DNA of 35,343 bases from the NCBI RefSeq assembly GCF_004010195.1, contig NC_057752.1, positions 5,213,121-5,248,463 on the forward strand, written 5' to 3'. Source of the DNA: Chiloscyllium plagiosum (lineage: Eukaryota). Position numbers and translations under genes: made by a program. The notes under the pieces are model-generated. The model was not told the origin of the DNA and did no database searches. It worked only from the letters and a program-made list of their open reading frames with translations. Positions 1 through 12,000 of the stretch are shown here, piece by piece (positions within the stretch are counted from its first letter, which is position 1; each line of letters begins with the position of its first letter).

Positions 1-185
1 GTCCCACAATCCAAAGATGTGCAGGTCAGGTGAATTGGCCATGCTAAATTGCCCACAGTGTTAGGTGTGTTAGTCAGGGTAAATATAGGTAGGGGAATGG
101 GTCTGGGTGGGTTACTCTTCAGAGGGTTGGTGTGGACTTGGGCTGAATGGTCTGATTCCATACTGTAGGGAATCTGATCTAATCC
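1..185 (+). mobile_element. 3' part of a V-SINE/HE1-like shark SINE
   Basis: Core tccaaagatgtgcaggt..ttggccatgctaaattg is shared with the copies at 18957 and 30130; tail gggaatctgatctaatc. Confidence 0.8.
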
Positions 186-249
186 ATAGACACAGGATAG
201 TTAATGAAGCAAATGCGTGGCTTGAAGGGGAATTTGTGGTGGTGTTCCC

Positions 250-1055
250 ATGTATTTGCAGATGATACGAAGATAGGTGGAGTTGTGGACAGTGAGGAGG
301 GCTGTTGTCGGCTGCAGAGGGACTTAGATATGATGCAGAGCTGGGCTGAGGAGTGGCAGATGGAGTTCAACCCTGCCTAGTGTGAGGTTGTCCATTTTGG
401 AAGAACAAATAAGAATGCGGAATTCAGGGTTAATGGTAGGGTTCTTAGTGAGGTTGAGGAACAGAGGGATCTTGGGGTCTATGTACATAGATCTTTGAAG
501 GTTGCCACTCAGGTGGATAGAGTTTGTAAGAAGGCCTATGGAGTATTATCGTTCATTAGCAGAGGGATTGAATTCAAGAGTCGTGAGGTGATGTTGCAGC
601 TGTACAGGACCTTGGTTAGGTCACATTTGGAGTACTGTGTGCAGTTCTGGTCGCTTCACTTTAGGAAAGATGTGGAAGCTTTGGGGAGGGTGCAGAGAAG
701 ATTTACCAGGATGTTGCCTGGAATGGAGAATAGGTCGTACGAGGATGGGTTGAGAGTGCTAGGCCTTTTCTCATTGGAATGGTGAAGGATGAGGGGTGAC
801 TTGATAGAGGTTTATAAGATGATCAGGGGAATAGATAGAGTAGACAGTCAGAGACTTTTTCCCCGGGTACAACAGAGTGTTACAAGGTGACATAAATTTA
901 AGGTGAAGGGTGGAAGGTATAGGGGGGATGTCAGGGGTAGGTTCTTTACCCAGAGAGTGGTGGGGGCATGGAATGCGCTGCCTGTGGGAGTGGCAGAGTC
1001 AGAATCATTGGTGACCTTTAAGCGGCAATTGGATAGACACATGGATAGGTGCTTA
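250..1055 (+). mobile_element. CR1-clade LINE, 3' fragment of ORF2 (RT C-terminus)
   Basis: Translates FADDTKIGG...[18 protein letters not shown]...[12 protein letters not shown], with in-frame stops. Confidence 0.92.
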
Positions 1056-1267
1056 AGCTAGGACAAATGTTCTGTACCACAGAAAAATGGGTTCCCATCA
1101 AAACATTGATTAGATTTTATGATTTAGCCGTTGTTGAAGAATAAAGAAAGAGGATCTCTCAACCTGAGTTTTATAATGACTCCAAAAATGAGTGTGTATC
1201 ATAATCATACCTAGTGCTTTCTGTTCTGACCAGGTAAGCTTCATTGTGTCACTACTAATTTTTAATT

Positions 1268-1445
1268 TTTCATGAGATGTGAATGTCGCTGGCAAGGTCA
1301 GCATTTGTTGCCCCATCCCTAGTTGTCCTAGTGAAGATAGTGATGGGTTGGCTTGTTGAACCAGTGCTGTACTGTTCATGGAGGAGTTCCAGAGACAGTA
1401 AAGCAATGGTGATTATAGTTCAAAGGCTGAATGGTGTGTAATTTA
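1268..1445 (-). mobile_element. LINE 3'-end fragment, probably the family seen at 15330 and 24750
   Basis: gtcgctggcaaggtcagcatttgttgccccatccctagttg resembles the reverse complement of the tail near 25180-25240. Confidence 0.5.
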
Positions 1446-1609
1446 GATCTCATTATTGTTGTTGGGACTTGTGTTTGGTTACTAATATACTTCTCAATGT
1501 TGTTCAGCACAACTCATTCGTAAACTCTTTTCTACATGAAAGATAATCAGATTAGATATTCCCAGACTCTCATCCTGAATAAATATACATTGACTCTAAC
1601 TTATAAAAA

Positions 1610-2005
1610 CACTTGCATTTATATAGCTGCTTCCACAACCTCCAGACATCTCAAAATACTTTCAAAGCAAATGAAACCCTTTCTGAAGAAGTCATACTGG
1701 ACTCGAAATATTAACTCTGTTTTTCTCTTTCCACAGATGCTGTGAGACCTGCTGAGTTTCTCCAGCATTTTGTGTTTGATTCAGATTTCCAGCATTCACA
1801 ATGTTTTGCTTTAATTACAGCAAATGAAGTAGTTTCTGAAAATAAGCCTCCCTTTAATGTAGAAAATGCAGCAATCAGAAATACAGCAAGCAATCTTTGT
1901 CTTGCATGATATTGATTGAGGGATAAATTTTTGTCAGAACATTGGAGATATTGTGACAGGTCTTCTTTCAATTAGTATTAGGAGGTATTTGACATTCACC
2001 AGAAC
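1610..2005 (-). mobile_element. Degraded Deu-domain SINE (SacSINE1/AmnSINE-like), interrupted by a Penelope unit
   Basis: acttgcatttatatagc tail and gattgagggataaat motif, the latter shared with 6335-6712. Confidence 0.55.
1676..1818 (+). mobile_element. Penelope-like 3'-terminal unit with degenerate hammerhead core
   Basis: ctgaaga..gtc atactg gac..gaaa followed by ccacagatgctg..gacctgctgagtttctccagca; flanked by the direct repeat agcaaatgaa (1666-1675, 1819-1828). Confidence 0.8.
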
Positions 2006-2099
2006 TGACAAACTCAGAGGTTCTGCCAAACTGAAGCAGGGTTATCACTTATGAAATCACAGGAAAGGATTTTGTATGATTGATAGTTTCTGTACTTTC

Positions 2100-2280
2100 C
2101 AAAACGTGGTCAGACGTAATCATCCCATACATAAAAATCAGGGGCTGACTTGAGAGAGGGATTTAAAATTATGAAGTGATGGGACAGAGTACAGTAGACT
2201 GTTTCCAATGGTTGAGAAGTTTAGGATGAGATGTAGATGGGCCAAATGGCCGGCTTTCATACTGTAGGGATTCTACGATA
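2100..2280 (+). mobile_element. Degraded CR1 3' fragment
   Basis: ggggctgacttgagagagggatttaaaattatgaa and the tail gggccaaatggcc..tactgtagggattcta. Confidence 0.6.
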
Positions 2281-2389
2281 TGTCTGAACAGGTTAATTAA
2301 AATATCGAGATTTAGTTGACTGAATACAGACTTAATATGTTGAAACGAAGTACGTGTAAGAAAGTATCCAAGGATCTCGCTCAAGATTT

Positions 2390-2485
2390 ATCAAACACAG
2401 AAATAGCTGGAGAAACTCAGCAGGTCTGGCAGCATCTGTGGAGAGAGAAACAGAGTTAACGTTTCGGGTTCAGTGACCCTTCACC
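2390..2485 (-). mobile_element. Penelope-like 3'-terminal unit
   Basis: gctggagaaactcagcaggtctggcagcatctgtggagagagaaacagagttaacgtttcggg; the reverse complement of the + copies. Confidence 0.85.
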
Positions 2486-2953
2486 GATCCTCAGTTCTTT
2501 GTTTCATTAAATACTTTTCAAACCTGGTTTCAAAACGCATTAAGTTGTACTCCTCTTCTTCGGCAGATTTTACACTGATAAGCCTGCCTCCTCCACCAAA
2601 AGCAAGCCTATTACCTAATACTTAAATTATCTGCATATCAACTGGAATTAGATTTAAATAAAACACTTTTGGGACATCGTAAAGCGATTTTAAATAAAAA
2701 CAGTCACACGTTCGAGGTAAAATGCTCTCTCAGATCTTCCCAGGAGGTGGCAGTGTGGACAGGCACTTTACGACGATGCCGTAAAATGTGCAGAGATTTG
2801 TTGTGGGGAGATTATTTTTGTATATTTAAAAAAATGAGCTCGCTGTGAATGAAAAAGGGGGGCGTGGGAGAAAGAGGGAACCTGATAAAAATCACCTCAG
2901 AAGTTCCAGCGCTCTCGCACGCTAAACCGAAGGGTGGGGGGAAAAAAACGGTC

Positions 2954-2967
2954 CGGTCACGTGACCG
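2954..2967. promoter_or_regulatory. Perfect 14-bp palindrome CGGTCACGTGACCG containing the CLEAR/USF-type E-box GTCACGTGAC (2956-2965)
   Basis: Read directly; about 60 nt upstream of the ATG; exact match to the MiT/TFE CLEAR consensus. Confidence 0.7.
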
Positions 2968-3027
2968 AGCCAAGCCCGGGTAATTCAAAAAAATTAAAAA
3001 TATATAAATCTAACTAATTGTAAACAA

Positions 3028-3079
3028 ATGGCCCCCTTAAAGTTTCGGAAGATTGCAGTATTGGGGTATAGATCAGTCG
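3028..3079 (+). CDS. RHEBL1: Rheb-like coding exon 1 ([18 protein letters not shown])
   Basis: ATG at 3028, P-loop start, donor G|GTGAGT at 3080; 52 nt. Confidence 0.96.
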
Positions 3080-6000
3080 GTGAGTCTTTTTTATTTCTCT
3101 ATTTTGAAGGGGAGAAATCTCGTGCGGACTCAGCTTTCCCCTTGGAAACGGCGCGCGGTTGTAAAATTCTTCCAGTTCATTCCGAAGGTTATGTTTTATT
3201 CTAAATGTAGTCAATTACTGTCAACCAGAAACAAGAGCTTTTGTTAGTGTACTTCGTGCATCAGTTTCTGTGGGTACTTCACAATGTAATTGAATCCATT
3301 GGTTGCTGTGAATGTTGTGTACAATATTATTTTCCTTGTGTCAGAACATTCTGTAGACCAGCATTCACCACTGATTTGATTCATCTATCTCCACGTTTCC
3401 CTTCAGCTCCTCCTCCTCCCCGTTCTTGACCATAGTTCTTCTCTTTCGACCCCCCTCCCCAAAATGTTTTTTTTAAATTACCAGAATAAAAAGTTAAATA
3501 GTAGTTTGTTGGGTATTTCCAGTCCCACTGCATTTTTAAAATGATTCGATACTGTCTCAGAACGTGATGTGGAGGAACCGGTGTTAGACTGGAGTGTACA
3601 AAGTTAAAACTCTCACAACACCAGGTTATAGTCTAACAGATTTATTCGGAAGCACTAGCTTTCGGAGCGTCGCTGATTCACCAGGTAGTTGTGGAGCAGG
3701 GCCACAAGACACAGAATTTATAGCAAAAGATTAGTGAACAAACCTAGATTTCTGTTAAGTCTTTCTTCTTTTAGAATGGGTTGCAGGTTCACTAATGTCT
3801 CAGAACGTGTCCTTTCTTGTCTATGTTGCCCGGTTACAGGTGTGGATGAAGGAACTCAAATCATGTTTCCCGGGCTACTGTTATCTCTCACCTGCATATC
3901 TCCAAGTTGCAGTCATTTTCAAAACACGAACATCTGTGGATGCTGGAAATCTGAACCGAACACAAAGTGCGGGACAAAGTCAGCAAGTCTGGCAGCATCT
4001 GTGCAGAGAGAAACACAATTAACGTTTCGGGTAGCCTGACGAAAGCTCACTAGACTTGAAACGTTAACTGTTTTTCTCTCTCCATAAATGCTGCCTGACC
4101 TGCTGAGTTGCTCAAGCACTTTGTTTAATTTTTGTCATAGAAATGCATTTTAAACCGGTTTTGTGTTGCTTGCTGTTATTGAACTGATTCTCCCGTAGCC
4201 ATTGAAGGGGGAAAGCGCCCCTTCCTTTTTTTGTGGGGGGTGAGTGGGTGAAAAGAAAGATTTTAAGGACAAAAAATGTGATCATTTACATCTTTAGCAT
4301 AGCTTTAAAATATAGATACCAGCATACCCTATTCTTTAATGAAGTTTTTTAAAACTGAAAATCTTCTATTTGTTCATGATGTTTGAATCACTTTGAATGC
4401 AGTAAAAATAGAATAATTCAGATGCTAGAGTTCTGAAATAATAAGTGCTGGAGAAACTCAGCAGGTCTGGCAACAAATGTGGAGAGAGAAACAGTTAATG
4501 ATATGACTTCCGAACTGAAAGGGGTGAAACCTTATGGTTCTTATGCTACAGATAGAAGGGGAGGAAAGTGCATGTGGAACAGATTGGGAGGGTGCCCAGA
4601 GCCAAAAACAAAGATGATGCTAATAGTGGTTTTAAAAAAAAGGGTGTGAATAAAAGTATGAAAATGAATTTGCTTTGCTGATAGCAAAGCCATCAAGGCA
4701 TGATAGGAGGGAAATGGAGCTAAGAAAAATGGAGAACAGAGATAATGCTTTGACGTTTTGGAAGACCACTTTTGAGTCGTGGAAGCTGGAGTGCTATGGA
4801 GGCAAGTGCTGCAGTCAATTTGCACACCAAGATCCCACAGACAACAATGTGATGAATTCCCAATGTGGAGTTCTGCTTTTCCTTCCAATAACATATGTAA
4901 CATCAATTTGAAGCAGTGGAAGAGTCAGAGGCTTTTAACATCTCATCTAAAGGTTGGTGTGAATATTGAAGTACTTATGAGGTACTGCACTGGAGCGTCA
5001 GTCCAGAAGATTTGCCTAAATTGGAAAAAGGCATGAATCCACAAGCTTCTAACCAAGTGCAACCTACTTAGTCAAGCTGGTGCTCACTTTTTAACACAAG
5101 TAAGCCATTAACATTCTGGCTTGATCAGCAAGGGAACTTCAGGTGTAAACAACACTGTTAAACCAGGAAGGGAGTTGAAATGGGGGCCTTTCTTTTAGTT
5201 CTATTTAGTTAATGGTTTTCAACCTTTTCTGTTTGGGGGCCCTCTGCAAATGTTGTTCCTGCTTAAGTATGTTAACAAAAATAAAGAATTCTGATGATCC
5301 ACCAGGTTTTTAAGTTCTGTGTATTCCAGTTCTGGAAATCTGTGGTATAATGCACCAGCTAACCTAGCTATTAAAACAAATAACTCCTGTGACCCATTAA
5401 AATCAGAATTTATCAAAGTAATCTCAAACTTTATTTAAATCTTGGGGATTCAAAATTTTGCGCCATTAAATGTGATGTAACAGGAAACTTTAAACACCAT
5501 ATGCTTGGAATGGCATTCTTATCTGTATTTAGATTTGAACTGAAATTGTTATGGTCTTCCGAATTCCATATTCTAGCAGAAAAAACACCTTTTTAAAACA
5601 AAAAACAATGTAAGTACAGGTTTGATTTAATGCTATCTTTTCAGTAAATGCTAAATGTTTTCTCATTCTAAAACAAATTACTTTGTAAACTCCTTGTAGG
5701 AAAGTCATCGCTAACAATCCAATTTGTGGAAGGACAATTCATCGAATGCTATGACCCTACAATTGAGAATAGTAAGTATGGTCTTCATTGGGTGGTACAA
5801 ACATCTTTGAACATTGAGGGCATCTCGAGGTGACTGAACAAATTTGGAATTAACACTGTGATTAAGTTTCCCCCATCCCGAAGATTTTGATGTGCTGGGG
5901 CGCAGCAGGGCTTATGGTCTCTGTCTGGTATATTGTCTTTGTGATCCTCATTTATGCATAGGTTGAGACAATGAGTATTGGCAGGCTGAAATAAAAACAG

Positions 6001-9000
6001 AATATGCTGGAGAAACTGAGCACATCTGACAGTATCTGTGAAGAGAGAAAAGGAGTTAATGTTTTGAATCTAACTTCTTTACTTTGGAACTCTGTATTGG
6101 TAGGCTACTTAACTTTTGAGACATCAACACCAAGCTAGATCCTGTCCTTGACCAGTGTTCACAGAGAGTATATCTGTCTCAATAGCAACTCTGCAACCTT
6201 TGACATGTAAGATGTTTATGGGATTGAATAGTTGTGTATTTTAAGAAATAGGTACACTTTTTAAGCAAGAGAATACAGAAGTAATCAAACATTCATGAGT
6301 TGACTTATTAGCATCACCTTATATGTCACTACAAGTAAGAATTTACAGTTACTTAACACCCTTTCATAACTGCACAACAACCAAGTGCTTAAAACCAATG
6401 AAGTTCTCTTGAAATGTAGTTATAGGAATAGTGGCAGCCATTTTGTAGATAGCTCTGTGATGGCCAAATAACTTGTTTTCCTGAGGGATGAATATTGGCC
6501 AGGATATTGGAGGTTCCCTGTGCTATGGGATCTTTTCCATCTCCCTGAAAAGGAAACTGATAGTTGACATCTCATCTGAGAGACTTCACTTTCAACAGCG
6601 CAGCACTCCCTCATTGTTGTACTGGAGTGTAAGCCTGGATTATGCACTAAGGGTTTTTGAAGTGGGTCTTGAATTTACAATCGCTTGATTCCGGGAGAGT
6701 GCGACCCAATGAATGCTTTTGTAATTCACTTTGAGAAAGGTACATTGACCTGGTAAAATATCTCAATGTCCCCCAATCTAATTTTGGCCTGAGCACTGCA
6801 ATTTTAAAATTGACCAGCTACACTTGCTCCTCAGGTTTCAGGCCCCTTTTCCATGTCAGTTTGATACCTGTTTATCTTACTCCAGAGACTAAAATACTGC
6901 TCTGTTTTTACTGTTGTCAGTATGACTGATGTTTGACTCAGTAGTGCTGAAAGACTATATCTTGCTTGCAGGTTTATTGTCAGAACAAAGTGCAGCTAAT
7001 AATGATAGAATGTAAACAATCTTATTTTAAAAAATGCATGTTTTCTCCAATTCATAAGATTTTTAAAAACTGTTTTGCAGCTTTTAATAAAACCATAAAT
7101 TTTGATGGACAGGACTTCTATCTGCAACTAGTGGATACTGCTGGGCAGGTGAGAGCTACATGCGTATGATCTTCGAGAGGGATGGTTTTCACTCTTTGAA
7201 TTTTACAGCACGAAAGGAGCCCAGAATGTCGACACTGGCCAACAAGTATTCTAGCACTTGGTCTATTGCTTTTATAGGTTATGGCACCTCAAGTGTATAT
7301 CCAAGCTCTCTTTGAAAAATGTGATTAGGATTCTGAGTCTAGCACCCTTTTTGAGGCAGAGAGTTCTGAATTTGCAACAGCCTGTGAGTGAGAAAGCTCC
7401 CCTCAAATCTCAGACCTCTCTTCCCCCTAAATCCATGACCCCAGGTTATGGACTTCTCAGTTAAAGGGGAAAAGGTCCTTCTTATAGACTCAATCAGGAC
7501 CCCTCACAGTGTTATAAATTTCAATTAAATCTCCCTTAAACTTCCTCTGTTCCAAAGAAAACCCTCTAGCTTATTGAATGCTTCCTTATTTTCCAATTCA
7601 CACAACATATTTTTAAATCTTCTCTGTCCCGTTTCAAGTGCAGTCATATTCTTGCTACAATATGGTGACCAGAATGGCATGCTATATAATCCAACTGTGC
7701 TCTATTACAGGGGTTGGTTAGCTGAGTTGGCTGATTTGTGATGCAGAGTGATGAAAACAGGAAGGGTTCAATTCCTGCACTGGCCGAGGACTCGCTTCCT
7801 CAACCTCTCCCCTTGCCTGAGGCATGGTGATCCTCAGGTTAAACCACCTGCAGTTGCCTCTCTCTCTAGGCCCTATGGTCCAGTGGGACGATGGCGACTT
7901 TACTTTTAATCAGTGTTTTATACAGCTCCAGCATAATCTCCCAGCTCTTATCCTCAATGCCTTGGCTAGAATCATAGAGTCATAGAGATGTACAGCACGG
8001 AAACAGACCTTCAATCCAACTTGACCATGCCGACCAGATATCCTAAATTAACCTAGTCCCATTTGCCAGCACTTGACAAGCTGCCTATACAGCTTCCCCA
8101 CTATCTATCATGCTTGTTACTGCCTCAAAAATTCTAATAAATTTGACAGGCATAATTTCCTCTTCATAAAGTCATAATGACTCTGATCGTATTATGTACT
8201 TTGTAATGGCAGAGCATTTTATCCTTTTTAATGAACTCTAACATTTTCCCAATGTCAAGTGTTAAGCTAACTGGCCTGTGGTTACCTTTTTCTTTTCTTT
8301 GACCCCAAATTGAAGAAGGGTATTACAGTAGCATTTTTCCAATCTGCTGGGACCTTTCAAGAATATTAAGATATTTGAAGATTACTTCCAATACATTCAC
8401 TGTCTTTATGGCTATTTCCTTTAATAACCTAGGATACAACCCATCAGGTCCAGAGGACCTAACTGCATGGGGCTTTTAGCTCCATTAGTTTCCCTGGTAA
8501 TTTTTCTCTAGTGATAGCTATTTTATTTATTTCCTTCTCATTTTTCATCCTTGGATTTAATACTTTTCAAATGCTATTAGTGCTCTCTATTGTGAAGATT
8601 GGTACACCTCTTCCATTTTCTTGTTTCCTATTGTAATTCTCCAGCTTCATTCTCTAAGGGACCTATGTTCATTTTGGCTTCTTTCTTTCTTTTCATATAT
8701 TTTAAGAATCTTGTACTTTCTGTTTTTTAAATTAATTGTTAGTTTATCCTCTTAGTTTATTCTCTCCGATTTTTGGGTAATCTTTTGTTGGCTTTTACCG
8801 TTCTCGATTCTCTTGCTTAACACGAATCTTGACCACATAGTTTTATTTTATTCTTGATTTTATTCTTGACCTCCTTAGTTAACTGTGGTCAGTTTATTCT
8901 CATTAAAGAATCCTACTTTCTCATTATTTTTGCTGTGTGTCATGAATTGTTTCATAAATGTCTGCCATTGTTCATCAACAATCTTTTCTGCTAAACTCCT

Positions 9001-12000
9001 TCCCAGTCCAGTCCAGCCAACTTTGCCCTCATTCTGATATTTAAATTTAGCACAGTTGTTTCCAACTCCAGTTTCTTGATTTCCAACTGAATGCTCAATT
9101 CTACCATGTCATGGTCACTGTTTCCTAGACTATATTTTACTCTGAGATAATTTGTTAAACCTGCTTCATTACACAATACCAGACCCAAACTAGCCTGATG
9201 CTTAGTTGGATCCACAACATTATGTGCTAGGAAATTGTCCCTAATATACTCTGAATTTTTCCTCATGGCTAACTCTACCAATTTGATTTTCCCACACTAC
9301 ATGAAAATTAAAGTCATCAGTGATTTAATGTACTGTTTTTTTTTAAAATACCCTCATCATCTGACTTATCCTGTGTCTTGCAGTATAGTTACTGTTGGGG
9401 GTGTGCAGGTCAGGGGCTATGGACTACTCCCACCAGTGTCTTCTTCCGCTTTGTATTTCTTATCTCCACCCATCTGGATTTTACATCTTCAGGTTCAAGA
9501 TCATTTCTTGCCTTCGTACTTATTCCATCCATGTATTAATATGGATGAAGTGGAACCAATGGATCTAATGTATTTGGACTTGCAGAAGGTGTTTGCTATG
9601 GTGCCACACATTATGTTACTTACTAAGATAAATGCCTGTGGTATTGGGGGTAATACATCACTGTGGATTGAGGATTGCCGAACCAATAGAAGATAGAGGG
9701 TTAGGATAAGAGGGGCATTTTCAAGATGGCAACATGTAACCAGTTGTGTGGCACAGGGATTGCTGCTGGAACCACATATATTTACACTATATATCTCAAT
9801 AGCTTGGATGAGGAAAGTGAACGTGCGATAGCCAGGTTTGCACGTGACACAAAAATAGGTTGGAAGGCAAGTGGTGAAGATGACACCAAATCCGGACGTA
9901 GGCCAGTTAAGCGACCAGGTAAAAACTTGGCGGATGGGATATAATGTGGGAAAATATGAAGTTTTGCACTTTGCCAGGAAGATTAGAGTGGCTGAATATT
10001 ATTTAAATAGAGAAAGACTGCAGAAATCTAAAGAACACAGGGATTTTGAAATCCTTGCCCATGAATCACAAAAAGCTAGCATCCAAGTTTGACGGGGAAT
10101 GGGGAAGGCAAATGGAATAAAACCAAGAACTGCACATACTGGAGATCTGAAACAAACAAAAACAGAAATTAGTTCTAGCTCTGAAGAAGGGTCATAGTAC
10201 TTGAAATGTTAACTCTGTTTTCTTTCCACAGATTCTGCCAGACCTGCTGAGTTTCTGCAGCAATTTCTGTTTTTGATTGTTTAAGGCAAAATGAATGTTA
10301 GCCTTTCATTCAAAGAGAATGAAACATAAAAGTAAAGAGGTTTTGCTAAAACTATACAAGACACTTGTCAGGCCACAGCTGGAATACTGTGAACAGGTTT
10401 AGGCCCTTTATCTAAGGAAAGATATACTGGCATTGAACCAGACAAGGTTCATTAGGCTGATAGCAAGTATGGAGGAACTGTCTTATGAGGAGAGGTTGTA
10501 TAGATTGGGCTTGTACTTGTTGGAATAGGGAAGAATGAGAGGTGACCTTATTGAAATATACACAATTTTTCAAGGATGTGACATGGAAAGGTTGTTTTCC
10601 CTTGTAGGACAGTCTAGGATCAGAGGGCATCATCTCAGAATAAGGGGTTGCACATTTATGACCGAGATGAGGAGGAATTTCTTCGGAGAGTAGGGAATCT
10701 GGGAATTCCTTTACCGCAGAGGACAGTTAAAGCTGGGCCATTAAACATTTTCAAGGCGGATGTAGACAGATTTTTAACTCAGGAAGAGAATCAGGGTTAT
10801 GGAGAAAAGGTAGGAAAGTAGAGTTGAGGATGATCAGATCTGCCATGATCTCATTGAATGGTGGAACAGACTGGATGGACTGAATGGCCTACTTTTGCTC
10901 GTATGTCTTATAATTGTGCTTTTGCTTCATTTATTTTGTTCTGAATATCATATGCATTTGAGTAAAGAGTTATTAATTTTGCCTTTTTATCATTTCCTCT
11001 TCTTTTGACCTTAATTTTCTGCTGTAATTTCTTTTGTAAATATATTTATTAGCAGATGTTTTTAACTTTACAAACATAAAATTATTGAAAAACTACAATC
11101 AGTAACAAATATCAGTATAATAAAAAGGAAAAGAAAAACATGCTGTAATTATTTAAGGTTTGTGCACTCTTTGTGTGTATCGTTGCCTAAATAATTGGCC
11201 TGCAATGCTACCACTTCCTTTTTGCTTTGGAAGCCTACCTATCCCCTTTGAGGAGAAAGTGAGGTCTGCAGATGCTGGAGATCAGAGCTGAAAATGTGTT
11301 GCTGGAAAATGTGTTCCTGAAGAAGGGCTTATGCCCGAAACGTCGATTCTCCTGTTCCCTGGATGCTGCCTGACCTGCTGCGCTTTTCCAGCAACACATT
11401 TTCAGTACCTATCCCCTTTGTAGTTCTACCCCCTCTAAATCGTTTAAAGACCTCTCTGTAATCCAGTTGTTCAATTTGCCAGGATATTGGTCCCATCACC
11501 ATTCATGTGAAGCCCATCCCACCCAAATAGCTTCTTTCTATCTCTGTACTGGTGTCAGTGCCCCATGCATTGAAAACTGTTCCTCTCGCACAAATCTTTG
11601 AGCCATGCTTTTAATGCGTAGACTTTATTTACCTTTTATGTCAGTTCGTCTGTGGCTTGGGTAATAATTCTGACATTATTACTTTGGAGGTTCTGCTTCT
11701 TAAGTTAACTCCTAAAAGTTCAAAATATTTCAGCAGATCCTCCTATCTATGTCATTGGTACTAAAGTGGACATCAACAACTGGACCCCTCCCCTCCCACT
11801 CGAAGTTTTTCTCCAGTTCTGAGGAAATGTACTTAACGCTGGCACTGCACAAAGGACACAGCCGTTGGGAGTCGTGCTTATGGCTGCAGAGACCAGTATA
11901 TATCTCCCTAATTATACTGTCCCCTACCAATACTACGTTCCTATTGCTTCACTTTCTGTTTGAATGTCTCCCTGTACCATGATGCTGTGGAGTTCACTCA

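Larger units (their letters stand above)
2660..3200 (+). promoter_or_regulatory. CpG-enriched promoter/first-exon region
   Basis: CpGs are visibly retained here compared with the CpG-poor remainder. Contains an SP/KLF-type GGGGCGTGG (~2859-2867) and an E-box, and surrounds exon 1. Confidence 0.75.

Noticed and set aside
2767..2785. Inverted repeat tttacg..cgtaaa (posterior Hox/Cdx-like sites) in the promoter
   Set aside because: Six-bp arms are expected by chance, and there is no supporting evidence.
3001..3008. TATATAAA as a TATA box
   Set aside because: It is only about 20 nt before the ATG, so the implied TSS would fall at or after the start codon. More likely AT-rich 5' UTR.
8080..10910. 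Twin-priming 5' inversion of a single CR1: the minus part ends, and the plus part starts, at about the same RT position (GEAVD / EPMD)
   Set aside because: The minus-strand element resumes after 10910 with the endonuclease start and ORF1, so a nested independent insertion is more parsimonious.
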